Assembly: GCA_963706575.1 (NCBI GenBank) | Contig: CAVPNL010000018.1 | Coordinates: 128,001-192,000 of the forward strand | DNA: 64,000 bases | Direction of reading: 5' to 3' | From: an uncultured delta proteobacterium | Lineage (GTDB): Bacteria; Desulfobacterota; Desulfobacteria; Desulfobacterales; JAHEIW01 | Part shown: one piece after another, positions 21,569 through 33,769 of the stretch | How positions within the stretch are numbered: the stretch's first letter is position 1 | Layout of the letters: every line of letters starts with the position of its first letter | Notes under the pieces: model-generated | Database searches by the model: none | The model's input: only the letters and a program-made list of their open reading frames with translations | Told to the model about the DNA's origin: nothing | Made by a program: the position numbers and the translations under genes

Positions 21569-22068
21569 AAAATGTTAAAATTGCTTTTATCGCCCTAACA
21601 GTTGTTGCTGCCCTGATCACCCTGTTTATCAGGATCCCGCTGCCCAGCAGGGGCTACTTCAATTTTGGAGATGTGGCAGTGGTGTTCTCGGGTCTGGTTC
21701 TGGGAAGCCTGGCGCAGAAAAAAAATTTCTGGTGGGGTGCAGGAGCCGGGGGTATCGGTTCGGCCCTGGCGGATATCATCGGCGGATTCGGAATGTTTGC
21801 GCCGATTACATTAATTGCCAAGGGGGCTGAAGGCGGATTATGCGCGCTGGCATCCGGCCGGCACAAATTCAGCCGGTGGATTTTAATTCTGCTGGGCGGC
21901 GCTTCGATGGTCGCATGCTATTTTATTGCTGAAGCATTAATGCCGAACATCGGGCTTCAGGGGGCGGTATCGGAAATCATCCCCAATCTGATCCAGGCCG
22001 GCGGCGGCATTGCCGGCGGCGTCCTGGCGTTTACCGCTTATAAAAAAATAGTAGGTACCGAAAAATAG
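21565..22068 (+). CDS. ECF transporter S component
   Basis: IRIP...GYFNFGD, GGIGSALADIIGG, APITLIAKG and IPNLIQ. Confidence 0.88.
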   Translation: MKNVKIAFIALTVVAALITLFIRIPLPSRGYFNFGDVAVVFSGLVLGSLAQKKNFWWGAGAGGIGSALADIIGGFGMFAPITLIAKGAEGGLCALASGRHKFSRWILILLGGASMVACYFIAEALMPNIGLQGAVSEIIPNLIQAGGGIAGGVLAFTAYKKIVGTEK

Positions 22069-22118
22069 TTCAATGGCGGAATGGGTTCAGTTGAACCCTT
22101 TAACCCCGGTTAGACGAC

Positions 22119-22988
22119 ATGGCAATTGCGCTGGCGCTGTTATCCTCGCTTCTCATCAGCGGGACCACCATCATTATGAAAAAAGGCATTGAGCGGACAA
22201 ACCCGACTTCCGCTATGCTGGTGGTCACCCTGACGGGGACTTTGATTTTGTTGATAATTTCACTGCCGCTGGTTCAACTTACCCATCTAAAATCAAAGGC
22301 ATTTCTGTTATTTATTCTGGCTGGCATATTTTCTCCGGCACTCGTTCGCTGGCTTTACTTCATCAGCCTCGATCGTATCGGCCCGTCGATGTCATCGTCC
22401 ATCATATCCACCGGGCCCGCGTTCACTGCAATTATCGCCATCGTATTCCTGAAGGAAAAAGCAACGCTAAACATCGTCCTGGGAATCATTTTGATTATCG
22501 GCGGGATCATTACCTTTGAAAGAGACATCAGCTCCAGCGGCAAATTTGTCGTCCGTCATAAACAGGATTTGATATTTGCACTGTTGTCAGCAATTCTAGT
22601 GGGATTGGCAATCGTCATCCGCAAGATGGGGTTGAATACTCTGGACGAACCGATTTTTGGCGTAACCGTCGGATTTACGACATCGCTGGTATTTTATGGA
22701 ATGATGTGTCTGGTATTTAAAGGTATGCGTGCGGCGATTTCCTTGAACCTCAAAAATACACTGTATCTGAGCGGGGCCGGTGTGTTTTTAACAACCGCCT
22801 GGTTGACGTTATTCTATGCACTGTCCTACGGAGATGCGATTATCGTAGCGCCGCTGGCCAGTCTTCACCCGGTGATGGTGCTGGGGTGGAGTTACCTGTT
22901 TTTCAAAGATATAGAAAAAATTACCTTTAAAACCGTACTCGGTGTTATCGTGGTGCTGATCGGCGTCCTGCTGATTGCCTTAAAGTAG
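22119..22988 (+). CDS. EamA/DMT family transporter
   Basis: About 10 TM in two repeats; IVFLKEK and LFFKDIEK ends. Confidence 0.88.
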   Translation: MAIALALLSSLLISGTTIIMKKGIERTNPTSAMLVVTLTGTLILLIISLPLVQLTHLKSKAFLLFILAGIFSPALVRWLYFISLDRIGPSMSSSIISTGPAFTAIIAIVFLKEKATLNIVLGIILIIGGIITFERDISSSGKFVVRHKQDLIFALLSAILVGLAIVIRKMGLNTLDEPIFGVTVGFTTSLVFYGMMCLVFKGMRAAISLNLKNTLYLSGAGVFLTTAWLTLFYALSYGDAIIVAPLASLHPVMVLGWSYLFFKDIEKITFKTVLGVIVVLIGVLLIALK

Positions 22989-23093
22989 TTTAATTGGTTT
23001 GATTGGTTTAATTCGTTGAATTTGTTAAAGCGAACCAATTGAACAAATCAAACGAATCGAACCAATGGAACAAGTTGCTTTTTCCTGAATCCC

Positions 23094-23759
23094 TCAACCG
23101 CCGACTGGCGATAGCCATCCAGTTGAAAATGCCAGCATAAACTGCCCGCCATAATACAATGGCAAACCGATCAATCGATTGACAAATTCAGCCTTTAAAA
23201 ATCGCTGCCGGGCAACAAAGATATCGGAGACATAAAAACCCAGTGCCCCGCCAAATGCCGCCATGCGACCCGCCGGCTCAAGCTCGCCGGCACCCACCAT
23301 TGACCAGGCCCCCACGACCATGGCGGTGATCACCAGGATATAGAATATTACCGGAATTTTCATAGAGCCCAGATGGGGCCGCAGCCACAAAAACACACCG
23401 GCGCCGGCCAATGTGCTTATTGCCAGACCAATGTCGGTCCACAGATTGAATCCGGCCGTATAAAAGAAGGCGCCAGTATAAAACACATGCCCCAGCAAAA
23501 AAGACACCAGGCCAAAGAGAAACATTTTCTTGCCGGGCAACGCCAGAAAGACATCACCGCCCAGACAAAAAATCATGCCGATCAGCAAAAAACGGTAATA
23601 TGGCGGAATCGGATGGAATTGAACGACTGCGGCAAAGATAAACAGTGAAGAAAGAAGGGATTTAACCGCCAGCTTGGCCGTCAGAACCTCCTTTTTTTCA
23701 CAATAAAGAAGGCCGGCCAGCAAGCCAGCAGCGGATACAACTACTAAAAAATTAACCAT
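23094..23759 (-). CDS. YhhN/lysoplasmalogenase-like membrane protein
   Basis: GDVFL, GLVSFLLGH, FYVSD and YYGGQ. Confidence 0.88.
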   Translation of the reverse strand: MVNFLVVVSAAGLLAGLLYCEKKEVLTAKLAVKSLLSSLFIFAAVVQFHPIPPYYRFLLIGMIFCLGGDVFLALPGKKMFLFGLVSFLLGHVFYTGAFFYTAGFNLWTDIGLAISTLAGAGVFLWLRPHLGSMKIPVIFYILVITAMVVGAWSMVGAGELEPAGRMAAFGGALGFYVSDIFVARQRFLKAEFVNRLIGLPLYYGGQFMLAFSTGWLSPVGG

Positions 23760-23839
23760 CGTAATTTATGGATCGTCCTAAGAACTTACATATGGAGGTT
23801 GGTCGTTGGTCTCATACAGGTTTCAGGTGTCAGTAAAAT

Positions 23840-23932
23840 AGCTGGAAGGCTGGAAAGCTTGGATGCTCGAAGGCTCGAAGGCTTCATCGCTTCCGGCTTC
23901 CTGGCTTCCCAGCCTTCCAGCCTCCAAGCTAT
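23840..23932. repeat. Inverted 8-mer shell (GCTGGAAG / CTTCCAGC); larger copy at 36464-36660
   Basis: gctggaaggctggaaagcttggatgc ... gcttcctggcttcccagccttccagc. Confidence 0.8.
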
Positions 23933-23936
23933 GAGC

Positions 23937-25304
<1,368 letters not shown>

Positions 25305-25433
25305 TCAGACCGGAATTTCGGTCAAAATCGGTATTGAGTAATGCGTGCTCCATAATGAACTCGTGAAGATTTTGCAAGTATTTATGTCTTTAGGAATAAA
25401 AAAGAAGAGATTTTGAAACGCGCAATTTAGATT

Positions 25434-27020
25434 TTAATTCCTGACCCCCTTTGTACTACTGTCAAGTGGCAACATAACATTCCGCGTGTATTTAACAACC
25501 TGGTCGCGGCCGGCCCTTTTGGCTGCATACATGGCCGCATCCGCTTTCCTGATCAGATCTTCCGGATCCGTTCCATCATGTGGAAAAGTGGCGATACCCA
25601 GGCTGATGGTGACGGGAGGGAAATCCTCGAATTTCATCTCTGCCAAATTTTTCCGTAAGCGCTCGGATAAAATATGGGCGGCGTCATTGGCCGCCTCAGG
25701 TATCATAATGACAAACTCTTCACCACCATACCTGGCAACCACATCCACATCTCTGACATTTTGTTGCAGAAATTTGCCGATGGCCCTTAAAACCCGATCA
25801 CCGGCATCGTGGCCATAGGTGTCATTGATATTTTTAAATCGGTCCAGATCAGCCATGACAACAGATAAAATATTGTTGTAGCGCTGGGCTCGATGCAGTT
25901 CCTCCTGCAGCTTGACCATAAAATACCGGCGAACGTAAAGGCCCGTTAAAGAATCCGTAACCGCCATATCCCAGAGCTGGGCCTTATTGATAGCCACGGC
26001 GGCCTGATCGGCCACGGCTTTCAGCATTTCAACATCTTCGTCCGTAAAGTCTTTTCCGTGCCGCTTGTTGGTCACATTGATGACGCCGATGACATCACTG
26101 TAAACGATCATGGGAATGCACACAATCGAGCGAACATACGATTTCTCGGAGTCTATGAAAACATCATCGTCTTCGATGTTGTTTACCACAATGGGTTTGG
26201 CAGTCATATAGACCCGACCGGCGATGCCCTCGCCCGGTTTAAAACTGCGGCATTCGATTTCATTATTATTGACTTTTTCCTGAAAGGCTGCGTCCTCCAC
26301 TCCGGCCAGCACTCGGATATTTAGCTGATCGGTCTCCAGATCATAAAGCATCAGGGAGCCTTTCTCGGCAGAGGTCACCTCGATGGCCTGGCTTAAAATA
26401 AACTGCAGCAGGTTCTTGAGGTCACTGATATAATTCATGGCCTTGCCGATGCTGTACAGAAGAGACAGATTTTGGATGGTTTTATCCAGGTCTTCCTTTT
26501 CTTTTTGACGCTTCTCATAAAGATGGCAGGTGTTAACGCATACGACAGCATGAGCGGAGAGTTGCTGCAGAAAATATCGATCGGCATCGTCGAAAGGTTG
26601 ATCGTTTTTGCGAGACCCGATGGTCACCAAGGCGGTCAATTCATCCCCCATGCCCAGAGGAACCCACAGTTTAGATTGAAGCCCGGCAAGGCCGTGCTTT
26701 TGGAAATCCTTTGAAAACAAAGGCTTTCCCGTATCGTCGCTGACCTCAAAGGGTTCGCCGTTCAAAATGGATTTCCAGAGTCTGGTTTTACCTTTCTTAA
26801 TTTCAATGCTCAGCTCGCTTAAACCTTCGTTGAAAACAAGCTCAAGCGCATTTGTTTTGTTGCGATAAAGAAATATCGCCAGCCGGTGAATCGAAAATTT
26901 TTTCCGGATCACATCGGCAAGTACCCTGTATAATTGTTCAAGATCGAGCGTGTTACTTAATTTGCGACAAGCTTGCAGAATTTCTGTCAGCGCTATTGAT
27001 TGAATATTTCTTGAAGACAT
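25434..27020 (-). CDS. GAF-GAF-GGDEF diguanylate cyclase
   Basis: Two GAF-like repeats, intact RYGGEEF and RxxD I-site (RDVD); start MSSRN follows GAGGAG. Confidence 0.92.
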   Translation of the reverse strand: MSSRNIQSIALTEILQACRKLSNTLDLEQLYRVLADVIRKKFSIHRLAIFLYRNKTNALELVFNEGLSELSIEIKKGKTRLWKSILNGEPFEVSDDTGKPLFSKDFQKHGLAGLQSKLWVPLGMGDELTALVTIGSRKNDQPFDDADRYFLQQLSAHAVVCVNTCHLYEKRQKEKEDLDKTIQNLSLLYSIGKAMNYISDLKNLLQFILSQAIEVTSAEKGSLMLYDLETDQLNIRVLAGVEDAAFQEKVNNNEIECRSFKPGEGIAGRVYMTAKPIVVNNIEDDDVFIDSEKSYVRSIVCIPMIVYSDVIGVINVTNKRHGKDFTDEDVEMLKAVADQAAVAINKAQLWDMAVTDSLTGLYVRRYFMVKLQEELHRAQRYNNILSVVMADLDRFKNINDTYGHDAGDRVLRAIGKFLQQNVRDVDVVARYGGEEFVIMIPEAANDAAHILSERLRKNLAEMKFEDFPPVTISLGIATFPHDGTDPEDLIRKADAAMYAAKRAGRDQVVKYTRNVMLPLDSSTKGVRN

Positions 27021-27376
27021 AAACTCCTCGACTATGTGCACATAGGAACACAGCGTTTTGATTTGCCAGTTATCGACCTATGCTATTTAACTTTATCGTT
27101 TTTCCTCAGAGATTGCAAACAGTGTTCACTCGACAAGAATCATTTAAATAATGACAAAATTTGAAAGGGAAATACCATTATGACGATGCTTTTAAAGATT
27201 AAAAAAAAGCACTTTTCCGAATCAACTTCATGTGGGTCGGAACTCATTTGGGTGTCCGGGTAACAGACGTTTGGCGGGAATTGGAATTGAGCCGGCCGAT
27301 GGCAGCATTTGGACGGATTATGCGATAAAGATCTTTATCGCCATTAAGGAAAAATTACAAAACATTTTAATGGCTT

Positions 27377-27871
27377 TCAATAAACGCGCTCTTCACGTAT
27401 TCCTTCTTGGGACACCGAATCCGGCATAACCTGAATTTTATTGTCCGATCCGAATTTTACGGTTACATAGAGGCTGGAGTAATACACACCTACCTTATTT
27501 CCTTGATTGTCAAAAATATGGGAGCCACGCGGATTATAGGGTGGGCGGTGTTCAAATTCCCACATGTATTTTACGGCTTCTTTAAACTCTTCGGTTTGGG
27601 GATCGATTTGACGCCATAATCGTGATTGAAGCTCCCATTTGGGATCAAGCCCCACAATGGCGTAATGTCTGTTGTTAACGCCGTAATAATAAAATTTGAA
27701 ATCAGATGGAACCTGGTTGGTTTTAAAAGAATCGGTGACATTATCATCAAAAGCGACCCGCCCGTATGATCCGGTGCACCCCGCAGCCAGGGCAAACGCC
27801 AATAAACCAAATAAAAAGCCAATAAACGGCTTCGAAGTGGCCTTATTTGGGCAAAATGGTCCGCTTTTCAT
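27377..27871 (-). CDS. Uncharacterised lipoprotein, paralog 1
   Basis: Lipobox AAGC; YYYG...YAIVG.DP, W..DP, G.K.G.YYS and VMPD shared with neighbour. Confidence 0.8.
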   Translation of the reverse strand: MKSGPFCPNKATSKPFIGFLFGLLAFALAAGCTGSYGRVAFDDNVTDSFKTNQVPSDFKFYYYGVNNRHYAIVGLDPKWELQSRLWRQIDPQTEEFKEAVKYMWEFEHRPPYNPRGSHIFDNQGNKVGVYYSSLYVTVKFGSDNKIQVMPDSVSQEGIREERVY

Positions 27872-27958
27872 CGTTGACTTCCTTACCGCCAGCCCGGTAT
27901 CCGACCACCGGCTTCAAATGCAATCAGGCAGTTCTTAGCAGAAAAATAAAATTAGAAC

Positions 27959-28154
27959 TATACCCTGTCTCAAAAATGTGGATCAGGGTTCAGGGCCCCG
28001 CTAAGCGGGATTACATGTCTAATCTAAACAGATTAAGGTATGCATCAAGGCGTCCGGTGAATTGAAAACGGAGCGTACACGAAGTACGTGAGTATTTCAA
28101 TTTGCGGGACAACGCAGCCCAGGGCCCTTAGACGCATTTTTGAGATGGACTCTA
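27959..28154. mobile_element. MITE-like element of the TCTCAAAA terminal-repeat family
   Basis: Imperfect TIR TATACCCTGTCTCAAAAATG / CATTTTTGAGATGGACTCTA; internal hairpin related to 37455-37600. Confidence 0.7.
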
Positions 28155-28628
28155 GTGACTGCCACGGACGAATGGCGTATCCGGCATGACCGCAATTCTG
28201 TTGTTCTCTTCGAATCGTATCGCGACGAACCAGATGCTCGAATACCATATACCAACCTTTTCGCCGGTTGGAGACAAAATGCTGGCTCCGGATATCAATG
28301 AATAATAATCGCCGCCCCAAACCCAGTCAACCATTTCTTTGAACTGCTCGGTCCCGGGATCGACCTCACGCCAGACTTTCGAGCTTATATGATAAGCGGG
28401 ATCGATTCCAATAATGGCATACGGGGCATTCGTTCGGCCGTAATAGTAATATTTGTAATCGGGCTCGACCTCATAGGATTGAAAAATCCGGGTGAGTTCA
28501 GGATTGCGTTTGATTCGTCCGTAATTTTCAGAACAGCCGCTGACCATCGCAGATACAATTAACATGGCAAGAATATAGCAAAATCTTGAAAATCGGCTGC
28601 CGCTAATGATTGTTTGTAGATGATTCAT
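28152..28628 (-). CDS. Uncharacterised lipoprotein, paralog 2
   Basis: Lipobox VSGC; aligns over its full length with 27377..27871. Confidence 0.8.
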   Translation of the reverse strand: MNHLQTIISGSRFSRFCYILAMLIVSAMVSGCSENYGRIKRNPELTRIFQSYEVEPDYKYYYYGRTNAPYAIIGIDPAYHISSKVWREVDPGTEQFKEMVDWVWGGDYYSLISGASILSPTGEKVGIWYSSIWFVAIRFEENNRIAVMPDTPFVRGSH

Positions 28629-28800
28629 TAAAACTCCTATATGGGAAGCATTTCATCTGTGTCCTTGCACTGGGGATGAAAATGCTTTTGATGTTTATTT
28701 TTTGTAATAAGGATAATGGTTAAATAATAATACCACTCAGTGGCATGTCAATGGGGATTGTTATAGCGAGGGTTACCTGTTGATCGGTGGGTTTAAAAGG

Positions 28801-28841
28801 CAAAAAAAAGGCCTGTCACAGTTTAATTAATGACAAGCCTT
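28801..28841 (-). terminator. Terminator after tRNA-Val/tRNA-Asp
   Basis: AAGGCTTGTCA...TGACAGGCCTT followed by a T tract. Confidence 0.75.
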
Positions 28842-28849
28842 ATTTAAAA

Positions 28850-28928
28850 TGGCGGGGACGAAGGGACTCGAACCCTCGACCTCCGGCGTGACAGGCCGGC
28901 GTTCTAAACCAAACTGAACTACGCCCCC
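28850..28928 (-). tRNA. tRNA-Asp(GTC)
   Basis: Cloverleaf with CCGGC-CTGTCAC-GCCGG anticodon arm and CCA end. Confidence 0.96.
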
Positions 28929-28984
28929 GTATGTTTATTTAGTTGCGGATAGCTTTCGCCTCTCCGCTCCACTCCTTTATGAAG

Positions 28985-29060
28985 TGGTAGGCGGAACAGG
29001 GCTTGAACCTGTGACCCCCGGCTTGTAAGGCCGGTGCTCTCCCAACTGAGCTACCCGCCC
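28985..29060 (-). tRNA. tRNA-Val(TAC)
   Basis: Cloverleaf with CCGGC-CTTACAA-GCCGG anticodon arm and CCA end. Confidence 0.96.
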
Positions 29061-29170
29061 ACTTTTATCGGTCCGTTAGGCGTCCAGGGAAAGCAATTGC
29101 TAACAATTTCAGCCCATAATGTCAAGGTAAAAGTCGGCTGAAAAGATGTAGTCCCTTATCGCTTTGTCTC

Positions 29171-31555
29171 TTATATCAAATTTTTCGGTTTTTCCGCGTC
29201 TTCGGTGGTGATTTCAAGCGGAATGTCAACATTTTTAAAAATCGTGTTGCCGTCATCAAGGATGAGTGCGTGGGAAAGCACTTCATCCATATGCTCCACC
29301 AGGATAACTTCAACCTGCTTGGAGATGCTTTTGGGCACATCTTTTAGATCTTTTTCATTTTCTTTGGGGATCAGAATTTTTTTGATTCCGCCCCGGTGAG
29401 CGGCAATGATTTTTTCCTTCAAACCGCCGATCGGCAGTACGCGGCCCCGCAGGGTGATCTCACCGGTCATGGCATAATCACGGTGTACCGGAAATTTGGA
29501 CAGGGCTGATACAAGCGAAGTGCACATGGAAATGCCTGCAGATGGTCCGTCTTTAGGGATAGCGCCTTCGGGGATATGAATATGAATATCATATTTTCGG
29601 TAAAATTTTTCATCGATCGCCAGATTATGCGCCCGTGATCGAACGTAACTTACCGCGGCCTGAGCTGATTCCTGCATGACATCGCCCAGTTTGCCGGTAA
29701 CCGTGAGTTTACCCTTTCCGGGCATAATCAATGTTTCGATAAAGAGCAGCTCGCCGCCCACCTGGGTCCAGGCCAGCCCGGTGACCATACCGACCTGATC
29801 CTTTTCTTCAACCTGTTCCTGCCGAAACCGGTAAGGTCCGAGGTATTTGGCAATCGATTTTTCGGAAACTTTGAATTCGGTTTTATCCTTGTTCTTGACC
29901 GCTTCTTTGGCCAATTTACGGCAAATCGAAGCAATTTCACGCTCAAGATTTCTAACACCGGCTTCGCGGGTATAGCGCCGAATAATGGCCAGTATCGAAT
30001 TTTTGGAATAATTTACGTTTTTCCCCTCCAGGCCGTTGAATTTAATCTGTTTGGGGACCAAAAAGCCTTCCGCAATATGATATTTTTCATATTCGGTGTA
30101 ACCGGGGAGTCGGATAATTTCCATGCGGTCCTGCAGCGGCAGCGGAATATCCGGCAAGGTGTTGGCCGTCGTAATAAAAAGGATATCTGAAAGATCATAA
30201 TCCATATCCAGATAATGATCATTGAAGCTGAAGTTTTGCTCGGGATCCAGAACTTCCAGCAGCGCTGCCGACGGATCGCCCCGGAAATCCATGCTCATTT
30301 TGTCGACTTCATCCAGACAAAATACCGGGTTGCTGACACCGGCCTTTTTCAGTGACTGAAGGATTTTACCCGGCAGGGCCCCGATGTAGGTTCGCCTATG
30401 CCCGCGGATTTCAGCTTCATCTCTAACCCCCCCGAGGGAAAGGCGTACGTATTTGCGCCCGGTGGCCCTGGCGATGGATTTGGCCAGCGAGGTTTTGCCA
30501 ACGCCCGGCGGGCCGACGAAGCAAAGGATCGGGCCTCGAATTTTCTTTACCAGGGCCTGAACCGCCAGATACTCTAAAATCCGTTCTTTGGGTTTTTCAA
30601 GGCCGTAATGATCTTCATCGAGGATCTTTTCAGCCTCATCGAGGTCATCGCCCACTTCGCTTTTTTCATGCCAGGGCAAACTGATGATCCAATCGATATA
30701 ATTTCGCACCACCGTGGCTTCGGCCGACATGGGGGTCATCATTTTTAATTTTTTAAGTTCGGCTTCAACTTTTTCAGTGGCCTCTTTGGACATCTTTTTG
30801 TTTTTGATCTTTTCTTCAAGCTCTCTGATCTCATCGCCCGGATCATCATCGGCGCCCATTTCTTTTTTGATCGCCCGCATCTGTTCGTTCAGATAGTAAT
30901 TTTTCTGCGTCTGCTCCATCTGATCTTTTACGCGATTTTTGATGCGCTGATCCATTCGGAAAACTTCAATTTCCATTTTAATCAGGCTTAAGAGCAGCGC
31001 CAGCCGATCGGTGGGCGAAATAATTTCCAGCAGTTTTTGCTTGTCTTCAATTTTAAACGAAAAATGCGAGGCCACCGTGTCGGCCAGCTGCGATGAATCC
31101 GCAATAACCGCAGCGTTGGTGACCAGTTCTTTTGATATGTTTTTGTTGACGCTGGCATATTCCTCGAACTCTTTAATGACCGATCGAATAAGCGCCGTGG
31201 CTTCTGCTTCAGGAACAACAGGTTCTATTATTTTTTCAACCTGTACCTGAAAGAAATCATTTTCTATTCTAAAGCGTTCAATTCGGGCTCTGGCCTGGCC
31301 TTCCACGAGGGCTTTAACGGTTCCGTCCGGAAGCCTCAGCAGCTGAAGCACCTTACCAATCGTTCCAACATGGTTAATGTCCGTTTCCCCGGGGTTGTCC
31401 ACATTGGCCTTTTTCTGAGTCGACAGAAAAACAAGCTTATCTTTGTTCATGGCATCAGCCAGCGCATTGACCGATTTGGTTCGCCCCACAAAAAGCGGCG
31501 CCACCATATGGGGAAAAACGACAAGGTCTCTTAATGGTAAAAGGGGTAATAGCAT
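29171..31555 (-). CDS. lon: Lon protease
   Basis: LPLRD N-domain, GPPGVGKTS and PKDGPSAG. Confidence 0.97.
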   Translation of the reverse strand: MLLPLLPLRDLVVFPHMVAPLFVGRTKSVNALADAMNKDKLVFLSTQKKANVDNPGETDINHVGTIGKVLQLLRLPDGTVKALVEGQARARIERFRIENDFFQVQVEKIIEPVVPEAEATALIRSVIKEFEEYASVNKNISKELVTNAAVIADSSQLADTVASHFSFKIEDKQKLLEIISPTDRLALLLSLIKMEIEVFRMDQRIKNRVKDQMEQTQKNYYLNEQMRAIKKEMGADDDPGDEIRELEEKIKNKKMSKEATEKVEAELKKLKMMTPMSAEATVVRNYIDWIISLPWHEKSEVGDDLDEAEKILDEDHYGLEKPKERILEYLAVQALVKKIRGPILCFVGPPGVGKTSLAKSIARATGRKYVRLSLGGVRDEAEIRGHRRTYIGALPGKILQSLKKAGVSNPVFCLDEVDKMSMDFRGDPSAALLEVLDPEQNFSFNDHYLDMDYDLSDILFITTANTLPDIPLPLQDRMEIIRLPGYTEYEKYHIAEGFLVPKQIKFNGLEGKNVNYSKNSILAIIRRYTREAGVRNLEREIASICRKLAKEAVKNKDKTEFKVSEKSIAKYLGPYRFRQEQVEEKDQVGMVTGLAWTQVGGELLFIETLIMPGKGKLTVTGKLGDVMQESAQAAVSYVRSRAHNLAIDEKFYRKYDIHIHIPEGAIPKDGPSAGISMCTSLVSALSKFPVHRDYAMTGEITLRGRVLPIGGLKEKIIAAHRGGIKKILIPKENEKDLKDVPKSISKQVEVILVEHMDEVLSHALILDDGNTIFKNVDIPLEITTEDAEKPKNLI

Positions 31556-31711
31556 ATTTGATTCCTCAGTTCCTTTTTCTTTAAAAAATTTAGGAATATT
31601 GTCTGTTTCTTATTTAACGAATTGCCAGAAGAATTAGATCATGGGCGATTTGGTTTGCGGACAACGCCGTCTATGGGGAACAGATCCATTCACATGATAA
31701 ATAAAATCACA

Positions 31712-32956
31712 TTAGGCTTGTTTCTTCGTCTGCTCGTAAAGCAGGATGGGTTCCTCCTTGTTTAAGACAACATCCTCTCCGATGACACATTCTTTTACAT
31801 TGGCAATTGACGGCAGGTCATACATGATTTCAAGCATGCAGGTTTCCATAATTGCCCGCAACCCGCGCGCGCCGGATTTGCGTTTCATGGCCTCTCTGGC
31901 AATCGCCGCCAGCGCACTGTCGGTAAGTCGCAGGTTGACGCCTTCCATTTCGAAGAGCTTCTGAAATTGCTTGAGCAAGGCATTCTTGGGTTCTTTCAAA
32001 ATCCGGATCAATGCGTTCTCATTGAGCTCATCCAGGGTCGCAACCACCGGCAGGCGCCCTAAAAACTCGGGAATCAGCCCGTATTTTATCAGATCCTCCG
32101 GTTGGACGTCCATGAGGATCTCACCGATGGTTCTCTCTGTTTCCAGAAGGATCTTGGCCCCGAAACCCATTTGCTTGGATCCGAGACGACGCTGAATAAT
32201 TTTTCCCAGACCGTTGAAAGTCCCCCCGCAGATGAACAGGATGTTGGAGGTGTCGACTTTAACAAAATCTTGTTGCGGATGTTTCCGGCCGCCCTTTGGC
32301 GGCACGCTGGCTGTTGTTCCTTCAATTATTTTCAAAAGCGCCTGTTGAACGCCTTCCCCCGAAACATCTCGCGTGATCGAAGGATTGTCCGATTTACTGG
32401 CAATTTTATCGATCTCATCGATGTAGACGATCCCGCGCTTGGCTTTGTCTACATCGTAATCCGCATTCTGGAGCAGGGCAAGAATGATATTTTCTACATC
32501 CTCGCCGACATAACCGGCCTCGGTCAGGCTGGTCGCATCCGCTATGGTAAACGGTACATTCAAAAATCTGGCAAGCGTTTGCGCCAGCAGCGTCTTTCCG
32601 CAGCCGGTCGGGCCAATCAGCATGATGTTGCTTTTCTGAAGTTCAACATCCCCGGTGTTTAATATAGAGTCAAGGCGTTTGTAATGATTGTAAACCGCTA
32701 CCGAAAGCACCTTTTTGGCCGATTCCTGTTCGATCACATATCCGTCAAGCTTTTCCTTAATTTCTTTCGGCGCCAGGATACGATCCGATTCCTGGGTATC
32801 CTTTTCGCTTTCTTCCTCAATGATTTCGCTGCACAGCTGGATACATTCATCACAAATATATACCGCCGGGCCGGCAATCAGCTTTCGAACTTCAGATTGA
32901 TTTTTCCCGCAAAAAGAACAAAACAGGTTGTCGTTTTCATCTTTTTTCTTTGGCAT
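31712..32956 (-). CDS. clpX: ClpX ATPase
   Basis: CSFCGK zinc finger, GPTGCGKT and [14 protein letters not shown]. Confidence 0.97.
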   Translation of the reverse strand: MPKKKDENDNLFCSFCGKNQSEVRKLIAGPAVYICDECIQLCSEIIEEESEKDTQESDRILAPKEIKEKLDGYVIEQESAKKVLSVAVYNHYKRLDSILNTGDVELQKSNIMLIGPTGCGKTLLAQTLARFLNVPFTIADATSLTEAGYVGEDVENIILALLQNADYDVDKAKRGIVYIDEIDKIASKSDNPSITRDVSGEGVQQALLKIIEGTTASVPPKGGRKHPQQDFVKVDTSNILFICGGTFNGLGKIIQRRLGSKQMGFGAKILLETERTIGEILMDVQPEDLIKYGLIPEFLGRLPVVATLDELNENALIRILKEPKNALLKQFQKLFEMEGVNLRLTDSALAAIAREAMKRKSGARGLRAIMETCMLEIMYDLPSIANVKECVIGEDVVLNKEEPILLYEQTKKQA

Positions 32957-32957
32957 A

Positions 32958-33572
32958 TTAGCTCTCCGACTCTTCTAAGTGGTCAAGATCGTCACGGTTG
33001 GCAATGACATGGTCAATAATTCCGTATTTTTTGGCCTCCTCACCTGACATGAAAAAGTCTCGATCGGTATCTTTTCGGATGTCCTCCATTTTTTTACCGG
33101 TATGATCCATCAGAATCTGGTTTAAGCGCTCTTTCATCCGCAGGATCTCTTTGGCCTGGATTTCAATATCAGAAGCCTGGCCCTGAAAGCCCCCCATGGG
33201 TTGATGGATCAAAATCCTTGAATTGGGCAGCGAGTAGCGCTTACCGCGTGTTCCTGCAGCCAGCAAAACCGCACCCATGCTGGCAGCCTGGCCGATGCAA
33301 ACGGTGGCAATATCCGGTTTAATATACTGCATGGTGTCATACACCGCCAAACCGGCAGTTACCAGCCCCCCGGGGGAGTTCACGTAAAAATTGATATCCT
33401 TGTCAGGGTCTTCGGATTCTAAGAAAAGCAGTTGGGCAATAATGAGATTGGCAATCTCATCGTTCATGGCCGTGCCGAGAAAAATGATGCGGTCCTTGAG
33501 AAGGCGCGAATAGATGTCATAGGCGCGCTCACCCCGGCTGCTTTGCTCGATTACCATCGGTATCAGTGGCAC
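32958..33572 (-). CDS. clpP: ClpP protease
   Basis: DIYSRLL, QAASMG and IHQP. Confidence 0.97.
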   Translation of the reverse strand: MPLIPMVIEQSSRGERAYDIYSRLLKDRIIFLGTAMNDEIANLIIAQLLFLESEDPDKDINFYVNSPGGLVTAGLAVYDTMQYIKPDIATVCIGQAASMGAVLLAAGTRGKRYSLPNSRILIHQPMGGFQGQASDIEIQAKEILRMKERLNQILMDHTGKKMEDIRKDTDRDFFMSGEEAKKYGIIDHVIANRDDLDHLEESES

Positions 33573-33769
33573 AGGTGGTCTCCTCTATCAATAAACGTTT
33601 CGGATTTGTTTTTAGGCCAATTTCCTAAATTTACATCATGGAATGATGGAAGTCTGAGTATGAAATGCGGAAAAAGACATTTTCATTCCATTGTTCCAAA
33701 CCCATTATTCCACTATTGCAGCATTCCAATATTCCAGATGAGGCGCCGATTTTTAATCGGTCTAAAACC

